Part shown: piece after piece, positions 48,401 through 59,300 of the stretch
Numbering within the stretch: position 1 is the first letter of the stretch
How the letters are laid out: every line of letters starts with the position of its first letter
Assembly: GCF_030028105.1 (NCBI RefSeq)
Contig: NC_092393.1
Location: 29,985,248 to 30,049,247, forward strand
Length of the DNA stretch: 64,000 nucleotides
Direction of reading: 5' to 3'
Source: Mobula birostris
Lineage: Eukaryota
The notes under the pieces: model-generated
What the model saw: the letters and a program-made list of their open reading frames with translations, nothing else
Databases searched by the model: none
What the model was told of the DNA's origin: nothing
Made by a program: the position numbers and the translations under genes

Positions 48401-50215
48401 ACCTCTTCAAGGAGCGGTGTCTCAGAAAGGCAGCGTCCATTATTAAGGGCCTCCAGAACCCAGGCATGCCCTTTTCTCACTATTACCATCTGGTAGGAGG
48501 TACAGAAGCCTGAAGGTACACACTCAGTGATTCAGGAACAGCTTCTTCCCCTCTATACCTGATTCCTAAATGGACATTGAACCTTGGACACTACCTCACT
48601 TTAAAAAAAATATCTTTTTTTTGCACAATTTAAAATCTATTCAATGTAAGTATACTGTACTCTATAAAGTATATGGAATAAGATTTATTATTTTCTATTA
48701 TTAGTTTATTTTATTTTTATTCTTCTATATTATGTATTTCATTGAACTGCTGCTACTAAGTTAACAAATTTCAACTCATGCTGGTGATAATAAAAACCTG
48801 ATTCTGACTTAATTTGACCATCATTTAAAAAAAAGGCAGAAATTTTAGCACATTGATGAAAGAAAAATGAAGGTTATGGGTGATGTTGGAGGGAAGGGTT
48901 AGTGATCTTGGAGTAGGGTTAAAAGGACAGTACAACTTAGTGGGCTGAAGACTCTGTACTGTGCTGAACTGTTCTACTATATTCTAAATTTAAAGTACCT
49001 TTTAACATTAGAAAGAGAACATTTTTAAGATTCAGATCTTATAACAATAAAATTCAGATTATTGTAGTTTTATTGCAGATAAAATGCATTTACTTCAGCC
49101 TGTTTTATCTAATGCAGTGAGGATTAAATTATGCTAGTTGGAATTTAGCAATAAGAGCAGAACATTAACCAATGTGCCCAATTTACTGTCTTTCCTATCT
49201 TTTCTAAGACAGGACATCTGCCTTTACATACTTTCAATGGTGACTTGACTTGCAGTTTTATCTACAGTCTAATCACAGCTGACAAGTAGTTGCCCATGAC
49301 AACACTTTCCTAAACACTCAAATATTACTCAGTTATACTTTATTTTACTGTGTCAAATTAATTACAGTACTAGAATCTTAGAACTTTGCAGCATTAAAGG
49401 ATTCTACCAAGTACTTTGTTCCACATCCTTCTAGCAGTTTAAATATTTAAATAACTCATTTTAAAACTGTAAGCACTAAAGATAATCAACATTTGAGCAT
49501 CTACAAGCCTCTGAAATCTCAAAAATCCAAAGATTTACTTCGTTTTGTGCGAAGGTTTGTTACCTGCTCTCAGTTTGCATATCAATACTCCTTATATTGA
49601 GACTATACTCCATTGTTATAGATACTCCAGCCAGCTTCAACAGCTTCTTGTGATCTATTTACCAATCCCCTTCAAATTATTACGTCTCATTACAATTTCT
49701 CATTCTTATAAACTTGAATGAGTATTGGCCAAACATACTGAATGTTTCCACATAGGATATCTCCCTTACATCAGTAATTAAATGAACCATCACTTTACCA
49801 ACATCAAAATGGTGATCTTGATTTCAAAAGAAAAGAGCCCCAATTCCTGTAATCTATCCTACATAAAACTGTTAAAATAAGTAACCTTCTCATCCAATCC
49901 TCTCTAGGACTTAATACATCCAAAACTTGATACCACATTTTAAATACTGTTTCATCAATTAGACAACATCTTTCACTGCCCAAACATAAACAATAACTAA
50001 CTTCTTGGAAGTTTAGAGTGACCTTTTGTTATACTACTAAGTCATTATTAAATACAAGAAATCCATCATTCTGTTTATTAAAGTACCTCGCGTAAGTAGG
50101 AGATCTTAGGTGGCGCGCCTTTCAAATCCAGATGAACTAATTTTAAACCTAGCTGTGGAGGCTTATGCATTTTAACATCCGCTTCCATTGGTTTATCCCC
50201 TTGACCATCTGCCAT
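27232..50215 (-). CDS. HEXD: Hexosaminidase D (GH20), complete, 491 aa; join complement(50087..50215,45666..45775,43255..43342,40044..40208,35848..36031,34705..34776,33861..34062,33314..33396,30955..31030,29661..29762,27560..27649,27232..27406)
   Basis: [38 protein letters not shown], catalytic [31 protein letters not shown], GWFSx[11 protein letters not shown] are all collinear with human HEXD; 1476 nt, all GT-AG, phases consistent. Confidence 0.96.
27560..27649 (-). CDS. HEXD: HEXD coding exon 11
   Basis: [18 protein letters not shown]. Confidence 0.93.
27740..28570 (+). mobile_element. Non-autonomous retroposon with LINE-type tail
   Basis: GC-richer block in an AT-rich intron, GATGGC start region and TTTGACCTTTGAACCTTTGA 3' repeat tail; family not identified. 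Confidence 0.4.
29661..29762 (-). CDS. HEXD: HEXD coding exon 10
   Basis: [16 protein letters not shown]...SVDKL. Confidence 0.92.
29925..30525 (+). mobile_element. CR1 LINE 3' fragment
   Basis: [10 protein letters not shown]...IERVQRKF and CR1 3' tail. Confidence 0.8.
30955..31030 (-). CDS. HEXD: HEXD coding exon 9
   Basis: [25 protein letters not shown]; weaker similarity but correct phases and splice sites. Confidence 0.82.
31790..32249 (-). mobile_element. Tc1-derived MITE (partial)
   Basis: Ends CAGGTGTACCCAATAAAGTCACCACTGAGTG, the same family as 50723-51246. Confidence 0.7.
32350..33180 (+). mobile_element. Penelope-like internally deleted fragment
   Basis: [33 protein letters not shown], terminal repeat with mutated hammerhead at ~33045-33083. 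Confidence 0.8.
33314..33396 (-). CDS. HEXD: HEXD coding exon 8
   Basis: [23 protein letters not shown]. Confidence 0.95.
33861..34062 (-). CDS. HEXD: HEXD coding exon 7
   Basis: [12 protein letters not shown]...GIALTGWQR. Confidence 0.95.
34705..34776 (-). CDS. HEXD: HEXD coding exon 6
   Basis: [16 protein letters not shown]. Confidence 0.93.
35848..36031 (-). CDS. HEXD: HEXD coding exon 5
   Basis: [11 protein letters not shown]...PIIWDDMLR. Confidence 0.94.
36611..37161 (+). mobile_element. Solo LTR related to 21577-22188
   Basis: TGTAAC...GTTACA termini, TSD CTCA/CTTA, second half shares blocks (TTTACTAACC, TTTGTAACAGGGGA, AAGTTTGGC, CTTCCC(C)TAG) with the other LTR. Confidence 0.75.
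38028..39041. mobile_element. Non-autonomous PIF/Harbinger-like DNA transposon
   Basis: ~36-bp TIRs GG(G/C)TA(T/C)GTCCACACTACGCCGGATAATTTTGAAAAC, further subterminal inverted motifs, imperfect 3-bp TSD (TCA on the left); splits a LINE 3' remnant. Confidence 0.8.
39110..39860 (-). mobile_element. CR1 LINE fragment
   Basis: [25 protein letters not shown] (ORF 39248..39592). Confidence 0.85.
40044..40208 (-). CDS. HEXD: HEXD coding exon 4 (catalytic DE)
   Basis: [14 protein letters not shown]...IHIGSDE. Confidence 0.95.
41314..42907 (+). mobile_element. Tigger/pogo-type non-autonomous DNA transposon (internal deletion derivative)
   Basis: TA TSDs; TIRs CAGGTGTCCCCCGCTTTTCGAA / TTCGGATAGCAGGGGAAACCG; N-terminal HTH remnant [33 protein letters not shown] at 41524 joined to a C-terminal remnant (ORF 41648..42109). 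Confidence 0.85.
43255..43342 (-). CDS. HEXD: HEXD coding exon 3
   Basis: PSDIKDL...[12 protein letters not shown]. Confidence 0.95.
44275..45435 (+). mobile_element. CR1 LINE 3' fragment
   Basis: [33 protein letters not shown]; 57-bp tandem duplication at 45100-45204. Confidence 0.85.
45666..45775 (-). CDS. HEXD: HEXD coding exon 2
   Basis: [27 protein letters not shown]. Confidence 0.95.
45960..48807 (+). mobile_element. Rex1/Babar-type LINE, near-complete ORF2 (APE + RT), pseudogenised
   Basis: [23 protein letters not shown] endonuclease motifs; [35 protein letters not shown] (catalytic FADD decayed); AATAAAAACCTGATTCTGA tail; several frameshifts. Confidence 0.9.
50087..50215 (-). CDS. 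HEXD: HEXD coding exon 1 (exon acceptor at 50244)
   Basis: [43 protein letters not shown]; first of three in-frame ATGs chosen. Confidence 0.88.
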
Positions 50216-50722
50216 TTTTCAACCAATTTAGGGCAATATACCACCTGAAGGAAATAAAATAAAATTATTTTCATGCACTCGCTTACTTTCATCCAAACTG
50301 TACAAAACATGGCGTTGTGCACAATTCATGGCTGCAGCAACTCCTTCAAAAATGTTGTTAGTCTTTTAAATATTCAAGGATTTATACAATATTGAAATTT
50401 GCACCATTATAGCAATTAGCTAGTTGATAGTTCCACATTCAATTAAATATTACAGACTTTGAAACAATTCTATCAGATGATAAAATGGAGCACAAATACA
50501 TTATGACCAATTTTCTGATCCAAAATATTATAAGAACGTAATCTTCAATTGAAGACTAGGTTTTATACATAATAGGGAAAGTGTCCATGTTTCAAGCTGA
50601 CAAACTAAAATTCAAATTAAAATGGTTGTGGGGACTTGCACATGAATCAGTGCATACAGATGCACTTCAAGACAAGAGTAATAATTCAATGTAAGATAAC
50701 AGGCAAGATAAATACGGTATCG

Positions 50723-51246
50723 TCAGTGGCCACTTTATTAGCTACACCTGCTCATTAATGCAAATATTTAATTAGACAATCATGTGACAGCAAGTCAATG
50801 TATAAAAGCATGCAGACATGATCAAGAGGTTCAGTTATTGTTCAGACCAAATATCAGAATGGAGAAGAAATGTGATCTAAGTGACTGACTGTGGGATGAA
50901 CGTTGGTGCCAGATAGGGTGATTTGGGTATCTCTGAAACAGAGGATCTCCAGGGATTTTCACATACAAGTCTCTAGTTTACAGATTGGTGTGAGAAACAA
51001 AAGCATTGATTGAGAGGCAATTCCGTGGGCAAAAATGTCTTGTTAATGAGACACATTAGAGAAGAACGGCCAGACAGGTTCAAGAAAACAGGATGGCAAC
51101 AGTAACTAAAATAACCACCTGTTAGAACAGTGGTGTACAGAAGAGCATCTCTGAATGCACATGTCAAACCTTGAAGTGGATGGACTACAGCAGCAGAAGA
51201 TCACACCAGGTTTCACTCCTACTTCTAATAAAGTGGCCATTGAGTG
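50723..51246 (+). mobile_element. Tc1-derived MITE
   Basis: Inverted termini TCAGTGGCCACTTTATTAG / CTAATAAAGTGGCCATTGAGTG-TA. Confidence 0.8.
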
Positions 51247-51409
51247 TATGCTTTAATTATAAGTGAGCTGGAATATGGATTTTGGAATTTCAGATAAAGG
51301 GTGTTCAACCTGCACTACCTCAATACACAAACGAATTGATCTGTATTAACATTATGCAATGCAAGCTTTTCACTGTACAGTACTATGCAATAGGTACATA
51401 TACATAGCC

Positions 51410-52240
51410 AAGCAACACACACAAAAAGAGCTCAGCAGGCCAGGCAGCATCTTCGGAAAAACAGTACAATCCACATTTTGGGCTGAGACCCTTCTGCAGG
51501 ACTGTAGAAAAAAAAAAGGTGAAGAGTAGGTTTAAAAGGTGTGGGGAGGGGAGAAAAAACACAAGTGATGCCTGAAAAGGGAGGGATGAAATAAAGAGCT
51601 GAGAAATTGATTGGTAAAAGAGATACAGGGCTGGAGAAGGGAAAGTGTGATAGAGAACCAAAGGCCAAGGAAGAAAGAATCCCTTTTCTCTCTCTCACCT
51701 TATCTCCTTACCCACCCATCACCTCCCTCTGGCACTCCCCCCCAACTTTTCTTTCTTCCATGACCTTCTGTCCTCTTCTATCACTCCTTCTCCGGCCCCC
51801 TATCACCTTCACCAATCAACTTCTCAGCTCTTTACTTCATCCCTCCCCCTTCATGGAAATCCAAGCAACACACACAAAATGCTGGAGGAACTCAGCAGGC
51901 CAAGCAGCATCTATGGCAATGAGTACTGTTGACATTTCAGGCCGAAACCTGGACTGTTTTGGCCCGAACGTCAACTATACTTTTTTTCCCATAGATGCTG
52001 CCTGGCCTGCTGAGTTCCTCCAGCATTTTGTGTGTGTTACTCACCTATCACCTTGTGTTTCTCTCTCCCCTCCCCCATCTTTAAAATCTACTCCTCAGCT
52101 TTTCTTCTCCAGTCTGGCCGAAGGGTCTTGGCCCGAAACATCGACTGTATTCTTTTCCATAGATGCTGCCTGATCTGCTGAGTTCCTCCAGCATTGTGCG
52201 TGTGGCTTGGATTTCCAGCATCTGCATATTTTCTCTTGTT
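51410..52240. mobile_element. Cluster of nested, inverted Penelope terminal repeats
   Basis: Four copies of the GATGCTGCCTG(G/A)CCTGCTGAG end in mixed orientation; hairpin insert at ~51855-52040. Confidence 0.8.
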
Positions 52241-53127
52241 TGTGAATATGTATCGCCAAGGTGTGTAAGATTTTTGCAGTACTGTAAAAACCTTATATTG
52301 CATGGTACCTCTACTGCAAAAAAAATTGATGCGAGTGATGATAAACCTAATTCTGATATGAGACTCTACTGTGTGTGGATTGAGAGGGAGAAGGGGCTCA
52401 GGGAGAGGGGAGTCATGGTTGGGAAAAGGAGAAGAGAGGAGTGGGAATGGGAAGCACCAGAGACACATTCTGTAATGTTCAATAAACTAATTATTTGGAA
52501 TCAAATGACCTAGCCTGTGCCTCAGGGCTGGGAGTCTGCACCCGCACCACCCCCCTTTGGCACTCCTTCACTGCCACCTGTCTCACATACCTCTGACAGT
52601 GCTCCATCATTACCATTCCCATCGTAGTTTACTCCTGGCAGATTTGCATACTCACTCTCTGCTCTACGTTGACAAATCAGTGCAACAATCTCTAGTTATA
52701 TAGGTGCCTAAGACTTTTGCGTGTACTGTATCTCGATACATGTGACAACAAAAGGAATTCCAATTTGTTTTCCTTTCGAGAATATGCCAGTCAATCCCCT
52801 GAATGCCAGATATACACCAATAGTCCAGATACGCCCTTTAAACACTAGCCATACAATTTAAAGCCTCCCAAAAGGTCCACGAACACAAGTAAATAGGAGA
52901 AAACATACCTTCTCAGGGTAAGCAGGGCAGGGCAGAGGAAATAATAAATACCCCCCCCCCCCCCCCAATCGATTAGAACGGACCACTAGACTGATGGTTC
53001 AGACTTCCCAGTGATGACCGGGCTGGCCCCGAGCGTGGGGTTTCTGAAGGGAGAAACCCCGCCCTCAGGCTGCAGCACAGTATTGCGCCTCGGCCTGGTG
53101 CCGGAGCTCGGCCGCTCGTATCCCAGG

Positions 53128-53246
53128 CCGGTGTTGGGACGTTCCCCCTCCCACTTCGGCCGCCTATGTCCCTGCCCGGATTTGGGACGTTCCCCCTCCC
53201 ACTTCGGCCGCCTGTGTCCCTGCCCGGTGTTGGGACGTTCCCCCTG
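53128..53246 (+). repeat. 48-bp tandem repeat, ~2.5 copies
   Basis: TTGGGACGTTCCCCCT recurs at 53134, 53182 and 53230. Confidence 0.9.
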
Positions 53247-53263
53247 CCCCCCCCCACCTCGCC

Positions 53264-53346
53264 ATGTCGGCGCTTCGCAGGGCAAGTTCGAGAAGGGCAG
53301 AGGAAAGGGGAGGCCGCTGTCCGCACGTTGACCAGGCCCGGCCCAG
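53264..53346 (+). CDS. OGFOD3: OGFOD3 coding exon 1 ([27 protein letters not shown])
   Basis: Kozak-like GCCATG in the CpG island, donor CAG|GTAGGC, phase 2 matches exon 2. Confidence 0.8.
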
Positions 53347-56300
53347 GTAGGCGGAGCGGCGTTGAGAAAGCTGGGGAGAGGGCAGGGTGAGCGTGGAAGT
53401 CGGGGGGGGGTTTGCTGCAGTCGCGGTGCCGCCTACGCACCGGGTCACCGTCGGCTCCTGATCGACGCGCCGTGTCCCGGGCCGGGCTCTGCGCGCATCC
53501 AGTGCGCATGCCTGGGCCCGCTCATCCGGCCGGCCCGGTGGAGCGAGTCGCTCCCGTGACCGGCGGGAGCGGTGCTGTAACGTTCAGCTACCGCGCAGGC
53601 AGTCACCGCTCCTTTCTACAGAGAGGGTTCTTCTTCGCAGCTCAGCATTGATGTAACGTGTCAAAATTTGCATCTACCGCACGGGTCAGCAGTTTAGTCG
53701 GGGGTTGTTCCGTCTGTGCCCTTCGACAATCGTTCGCAGGTCTCCATTGCACTTACCTGACTACAAGGGTCAAAAATGAGCACTGCTTTAGTCACAACCC
53801 CTGATGCTGCACAGGTCAGATTGCTAGAGGTCATAAAAGGTCAGCGCTGTACATTGCTCCGTGTCATAAATGAACGTGCAATGGCTGCAGAATATCTTTA
53901 TATTTGTCTCTTGCAGGGTTTCTTGGTCATCATCCTTGTCAAAGGTCATCACTGCATCCATGTGCAGATTGGTTTTGCTGCATCAGCAGTAATGTGTGTA
54001 TTCATCGATCAGGGGTGCAGTGCTAATTTTTTAGGTGCCAGAGCTGACAAAATGTTTGCCATTTCCTATATCTTCTTTATATACAGTGGCATGCAAAAGT
54101 TTTGGCAAGATTTCTGTTACTGTGAATAGCTAAGCGGGTAAAAGATGAACTGATTTCCAAAAGGCGTAAAGTTAAAGATGACACATTTCCTTAATATTTT
54201 AAGCAAGAAAACTCTTTTAGTTCCATCTTTTACAGTTTCAAAATAACAAAGAAGGAAAAGGGCCCGAAGCAAAAGTTTGGGCACTCTGCATGCTCAGTAC
54301 TTAGTAACACCCCCTTTAGCAATTATCACAGCTTGTAAATGCATTTTGTAGCCAGCTAAGAGTCTTTCAATTCTTGTTTGGGGGATTTGTGCCCATTCTT
54401 CCTTGCAAAAGGCTTCTAGTTCTGTGAGATTCTTGGGCCGTTTTGCATGCACACTGCTCTTTTGAGGTCTATCCGCAGATTCTCAATGATTCTCGGTCAG
54501 GGGACTGTGAGGGCCATGGCAAAACCTTCTGCTTGCGCCTCTTGAGGTATTCCATTGTGGATTTTGAGGTGTGTTTAGGATCATTATCCTGTTGTAGAAG
54601 CCATCTTCTTTTCATCTTCGGCTTTTTTGCAGTTCTATTCAAAAGGTTCAAAGTAACATCTGAACAAGCCTGATGCATTTTGGAAATAAGTCCTGTGGAC
54701 TGATGAAATTAAAATAGAACTTTTTGGCTGCAATGAGCAACGGTATGTTTAGAGAAAAAAGGGTGCAGAATTTCATGAAAAGAACCCCTCTGTAACTGTT
54801 AAGCACGGGGGTGGATCGATCATGCTTTGGGCTCGTGTTGCAGCCAGTGGCACGGGGAACATTTACTGGTAGAGGGAAGAATGAATTCAATTAATTCTGG
54901 AAGCAAACATCACACCGTATGTAAAAAAAAAAAAGCCAAAGATGAAAAGAGGATGGCTTCTACAACAGGATAATGATCCTAAACCCACCTCAAAATCCAC
55001 AATGGACTACCTCAAGAGGCGCAAGTTGAAGGTTTTGCCATGGCCCTCACAGTCCCCTGACCGAGAATCTGTGGATAGATCTCAAAAGAGCAGTGCATAC
55101 AAGACAGCCCAAGAATATCTCAGAACTAGAAGCCTTTTGCAAGGAAGAATGGGTGAAAATCCCCCAAACAAGAATTGAAAGACTCTTAGCTGGCTGCAAA
55201 AAGCATTTACAAGCTGTGATACTTGCCAAAGGGGGTGTTACTGACCATCCAGGGTGCCCAAACTTTTGCTTCAGGCCCTTTTCCTTTTTTGTTATTTTGA
55301 AACTGTCAAAGATGGAAATAAAAATTTTTCTTGATTAAAATATTAAAGAAATGTGTCATCTTTAACTTTATACCTTTTGGAAATCAGTTCATCTTTTACT
55401 TGCTTAGCTATTCACAGTGACAGAAATTTTGACCGGGGTGCCCAAACTTTTGCATGCTACTGTATATGTCACACTCAATTTGTGTACCTGCACATTTCAT
55501 GTACTGGGCAACTTCCCTGTCCCATTCATGTAATGAGCAGGTACACAAATTGGGTGAAATATATATGACAAGGTACTGCACGGTTGCACTCACTAATTAT
55601 CATAAAATATAATTATCAAGCAAGTAAAGAAAAAGACGGTAATCATGTATTTTACCAATTTAAAAGTAATTACCTACTTAGCAAATGCCACCAATGAGAA
55701 GTTTCACAATAATTTCCACAAAGGGTCAGGTGTAATATGTGTTCGGGGGTCTGGAGCAACTCTTGTCCTGGTGTCATCTGCTGACATACGCCTCAGGATT
55801 CCACTGAACTAGAGGAGGTCCATGTAGTTTTACAAACATAAGTGCTGATACATGATTTATGAGAATTCTTGAGTGTGTTGTTGTTGCTATCAAGCTCATA
55901 TGACTGAATCCTCTCTCACACTCAGCAGTACTAATAGAATAACTTGTGAACAGCTCAGTAATGGGCGTAAATCTTGGGGGATGTGGCGTCCACAGTCCTC
56001 CGCATAATCTCTGAAGGCATTTATCACAGAGGAAGAAGAAAGCTTAAACCTCTTACAGAGACATGATATTGCAGCTTCTCCATAATTAGGCGGTATTTCA
56101 GCAGGCCAGTTATCTTTATCAAGGACACACATTTCATTTAGCAGGGATTTGTACAGACTTTGAAGTTTAGAAGTTTAAGAACCTTTCAAGGATGTTGCCG
56201 TGAACTTACGGTGCTGCAAATTGTTTATAAGACTAGTAAGACACTAGATAATTAATGGAGACAATTTTGTTGTTGCTTGTTAAGGTAATTTCTCCAAACT

Positions 56301-59300
56301 TCCTCTTTTCAACTGCCTCTTGAGCTTCTAGAGTTTTTGTACCAGGTTGCTCTTTCAGTCCATGCAGTGATCTTATGCTCCGTTGGATCAGTTTGCCTGC
56401 ATAAACGACCGTAGTAGTGCGTTTCTGTAAACACCCTGACAGTAAACCAAGTTCATGCAACGTGTCATACATTAGGGCTAAGTCCAACAGAAACTGTTCT
56501 GAAGAGAGTCTTTTTAACAGACCTTCAGGTGTTTTTCTGTCACTCCCAGATCTTGTTTCATTCTTCATTGCTTTTTTGAAATGAAAACACAGTGCTTCAT
56601 AATTTTGCCACACTGCTGAAACTGTTTGAAACAAGCTAGCTACCCACCTGGTGCCCAGAACACGGCCTATTTTGCAAATTTCTTGCTCTAGTTGAGAGGC
56701 ACATTCAGACAGTTCCTTTTGATGTAGAGGTTATCTACTGTAAACAGAGTACAATTTGTCTATAAATGATTGAAAATGATTTATTCCATGAACTCTCACC
56801 GAATCACCTACTGCAAGTTCTAATCTGTGGTTAAGACAATGCCAAATTATCACATCAAATTATCCTTGAGAATTGTAGCAACACCAGATTTGACACCAAG
56901 TATTACGCTCGCCCCATCACTAGCAAATGCTGTTAGGCTCTGTTTCAAGTAAGAGTCATCAAACCCATGGTTATTGAGACAGTTCAATAGATGCTCAGCA
57001 GTAATTGCAGCCTTCTGATCAGGCAGTTCAATTAGATCTAAAAACATAAAATGGGGATCACGTTCCTTATCACTTTCACATTTCAAATAAACTATTAGGG
57101 AAGTCTTAATGCTCAGACTTGTTGAGTCATCAATGAGAACAGAAAATTTGCCATTTATCTGCTTGATATGCTGGCAAATTTTCTTTTTCATATTAATGGT
57201 TATGTGATTAATTATCTCAGCACTAGTGTGGGAATGCTGTCCAATTCCAATGTCAATACCATTTTTTTAAACGTTCCAATAAGACAAAGTGATCAGAGTA
57301 TGGTCTGTCATTTTGAGCTAAATAATATGCAGAACGAAAAATTGACAAGTTGCCTTTCTTTAGATGTGAAGCATTCATGGTGTCACATAATTTTCCAAGA
57401 GCATCTTCACTAGCTACATTTTCAACACTTAGAGCAGCAGTGTGAGCTTTTGATAGTTCGTGATCAACAATTTTTTTTCTGAGAGACTTCAAGCGTGTAC
57501 TTCGATCGGCTCCATAATAGGATACTTGGTACATCTGCCATGCCAATTCTCCTGTGATCTTTAAGTTCTGGAGGTTGTAGTGCTTTACATAGCTAGCCAG
57601 CCATCCCTTACTAGCCTTAATCTCCTTCCTCTTGCTCTCCTCAACCCCCTCACAGTAGTGCTCATAGAGGCTAAGTGCTTTTTCACACATAATATTGTCA
57701 TCAACAGGGATATGCTTCTGTGACATGTCCTCTAGCTACACACTTAATGCTTTCTCAGTCTCTGCGAGCACTTTATCACGAACCAGAGAGACCATTTTTG
57801 CTGTTGTAGGGGTAGCACTAACACTTCCACGAACTTCAGCTTCTTTCTCCTTTATTGTGCAAATGCTCGATTCATTCCTCCTGACCTTACAGCCCACTTC
57901 GGCAAATGACACGCCACTTTTCAAAAGATCTAAGGTTTTTATTTTCTCAGCGAACAATGCTCAAACAACAAGTGCTGGAGAGAGACTGAGGATCTGTGAA
58001 ATGGCGGGAGGCTACAGCAGGGTTTGCTGGGACAACGGGTCGAGCGAGAAGGAATTTCACAAAACAGTCACAGCTCCAGGATTTCACCAAAAACGATCAA
58101 ATATCCTAATGTTATTAGTGGTATTTTCCCCACCAATTAGTGGTATTTTCCCCTCTCCCCAACACCCGCTTCCGTAAAATTCCCTCTATTTAATATGCGG
58201 CCGCTGTTAAATTCCCCGCTTGTTTATTTTGACTTTTTTTAACAGAGGTGCCAGACTGGTGCGCCAGTGAGCTCCGGCTGCACCGCACCCCTGGCTGCAC
58301 CCTACCGTTATTTGTGGAGGCTTGCATGTCAGAACAGTGATGTTCACAGGTCATTACAAGTGAGTGACTACTGTAGAGGTTTACAGTGGATTCACCAGTA
58401 TTGTTTTTTTATTAGCATATGATATAGGAGCAGAATTAAGCCACTTGGCCCATGGAGTGTGCTCAATCTGCAAATTAACCTTTAGGGAATCCTGCATGGG
58501 GACACCAATGAGTTTTGATTTTTTTCTCCATTTAGATAATAGTCTATGCTTCATTTCTTCTCCTGAAGTGCATTACTTTGCTGACACTATATTCCATCTG
58601 CTACTTCTTTACACATTCTCCTAAGCTGTCTTAGTCCTTCTGCAGCCTCTCTGGTTCCTCAACACTACCTGCCCCTCCACCTGTCTTTGTATCATCCACA
58701 AACTTGGCCACAAAGCCATCAATTCCATCATCCAAATCATCGACATGTAACATAAAAAGAAGCAGTCCCACCACAGACCCCTGTTGAACACCACTAGTCA
58801 CTGGCAGCCTAGCAGAAAAGGCTCCCTTTATTCCCACTCTTTGCCTCCTGCCAATCAGCCAATGCTCCAACCATGCTAGTATCTTTCCTGTAATACCATG
58901 TGCTCTTAACTTAAGCAGCCTCATGTGTGGCACCTTGTCAAAGGCCTTCTGAAAATCCAAGTACACAACATACACTGATTCTCCTTTGTCTATCCTGCTT
59001 GTTATTTCTTAAAAGAATTCCAACAGATTTGTCAGGCAATATTTTCCCTTAAGGAAATCATGTTGACTTTGGCCTATTTTATCATGTGCCTCCAAGTACC
59101 CTGAAACTACATCCTTATCTACATCTTTCCAGTCACTGAAGTCAGACTAACTGGCCTTTAATTGACTTTCTCCTGTCTCTCTCTCTCCTCGGAGTGACAT
59201 CTGCAATTTTCCAGTCCTCAAGAACCATGCCAGAATATTGATTCTTCAAAAATCATTACTGATGCCTCCACAATCTCTTCAGCCACCTCTTCAAGAACCT

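Larger units (their letters stand above)
52970..53720. promoter_or_regulatory. CpG island / bidirectional HEXD-OGFOD3 promoter
   Basis: Very GC- and CpG-rich relative to flanks; NRF1-like TGCGCATGC at ~53503; contains the OGFOD3 start; candidate HEXD non-coding exon donor AAG|GTATGT at 52909 (minus). Confidence 0.8.
54010..58293 (-). mobile_element. hAT DNA transposon (KIAA1586/ZNF862-like transposase pseudogene) carrying a Tigger DNA-binding segment and a nested Tc1
   Basis: 14-bp TIRs CAGGGGTGC(A/G)GTGC; motifs [44 protein letters not shown] on the minus strand 55700-57540; no clear 8-bp TSD. Confidence 0.85.

Noticed and set aside
51607-52513. 116-188 aa ORFs
   Set aside because: Composed entirely of Penelope terminal repeats and other repeat remnants
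53128-53246. CRISPR-like periodic repeat
   Set aside because: Units are contiguous near-identical tandem copies with no unique spacers; eukaryotic context and no cas genes
52973-53651. Several 65-178 aa ORFs over the CpG island
   Set aside because: Stop-poor GC-rich and tandem-repeat sequence; only 53264-53346 has a start context, donor and phase matching a known gene
55700-57540. Domesticated host gene KIAA1586/ZNF862
   Set aside because: Multiple frameshifts and stops, flanking TIRs and a nested Tc1 show it is a decayed transposon copy
57736-57738. Programmed stop readthrough between the two Tigger ORFs
   Set aside because: TAG sits where Tigger has a conserved Trp (TGG); a simple point mutation explains it
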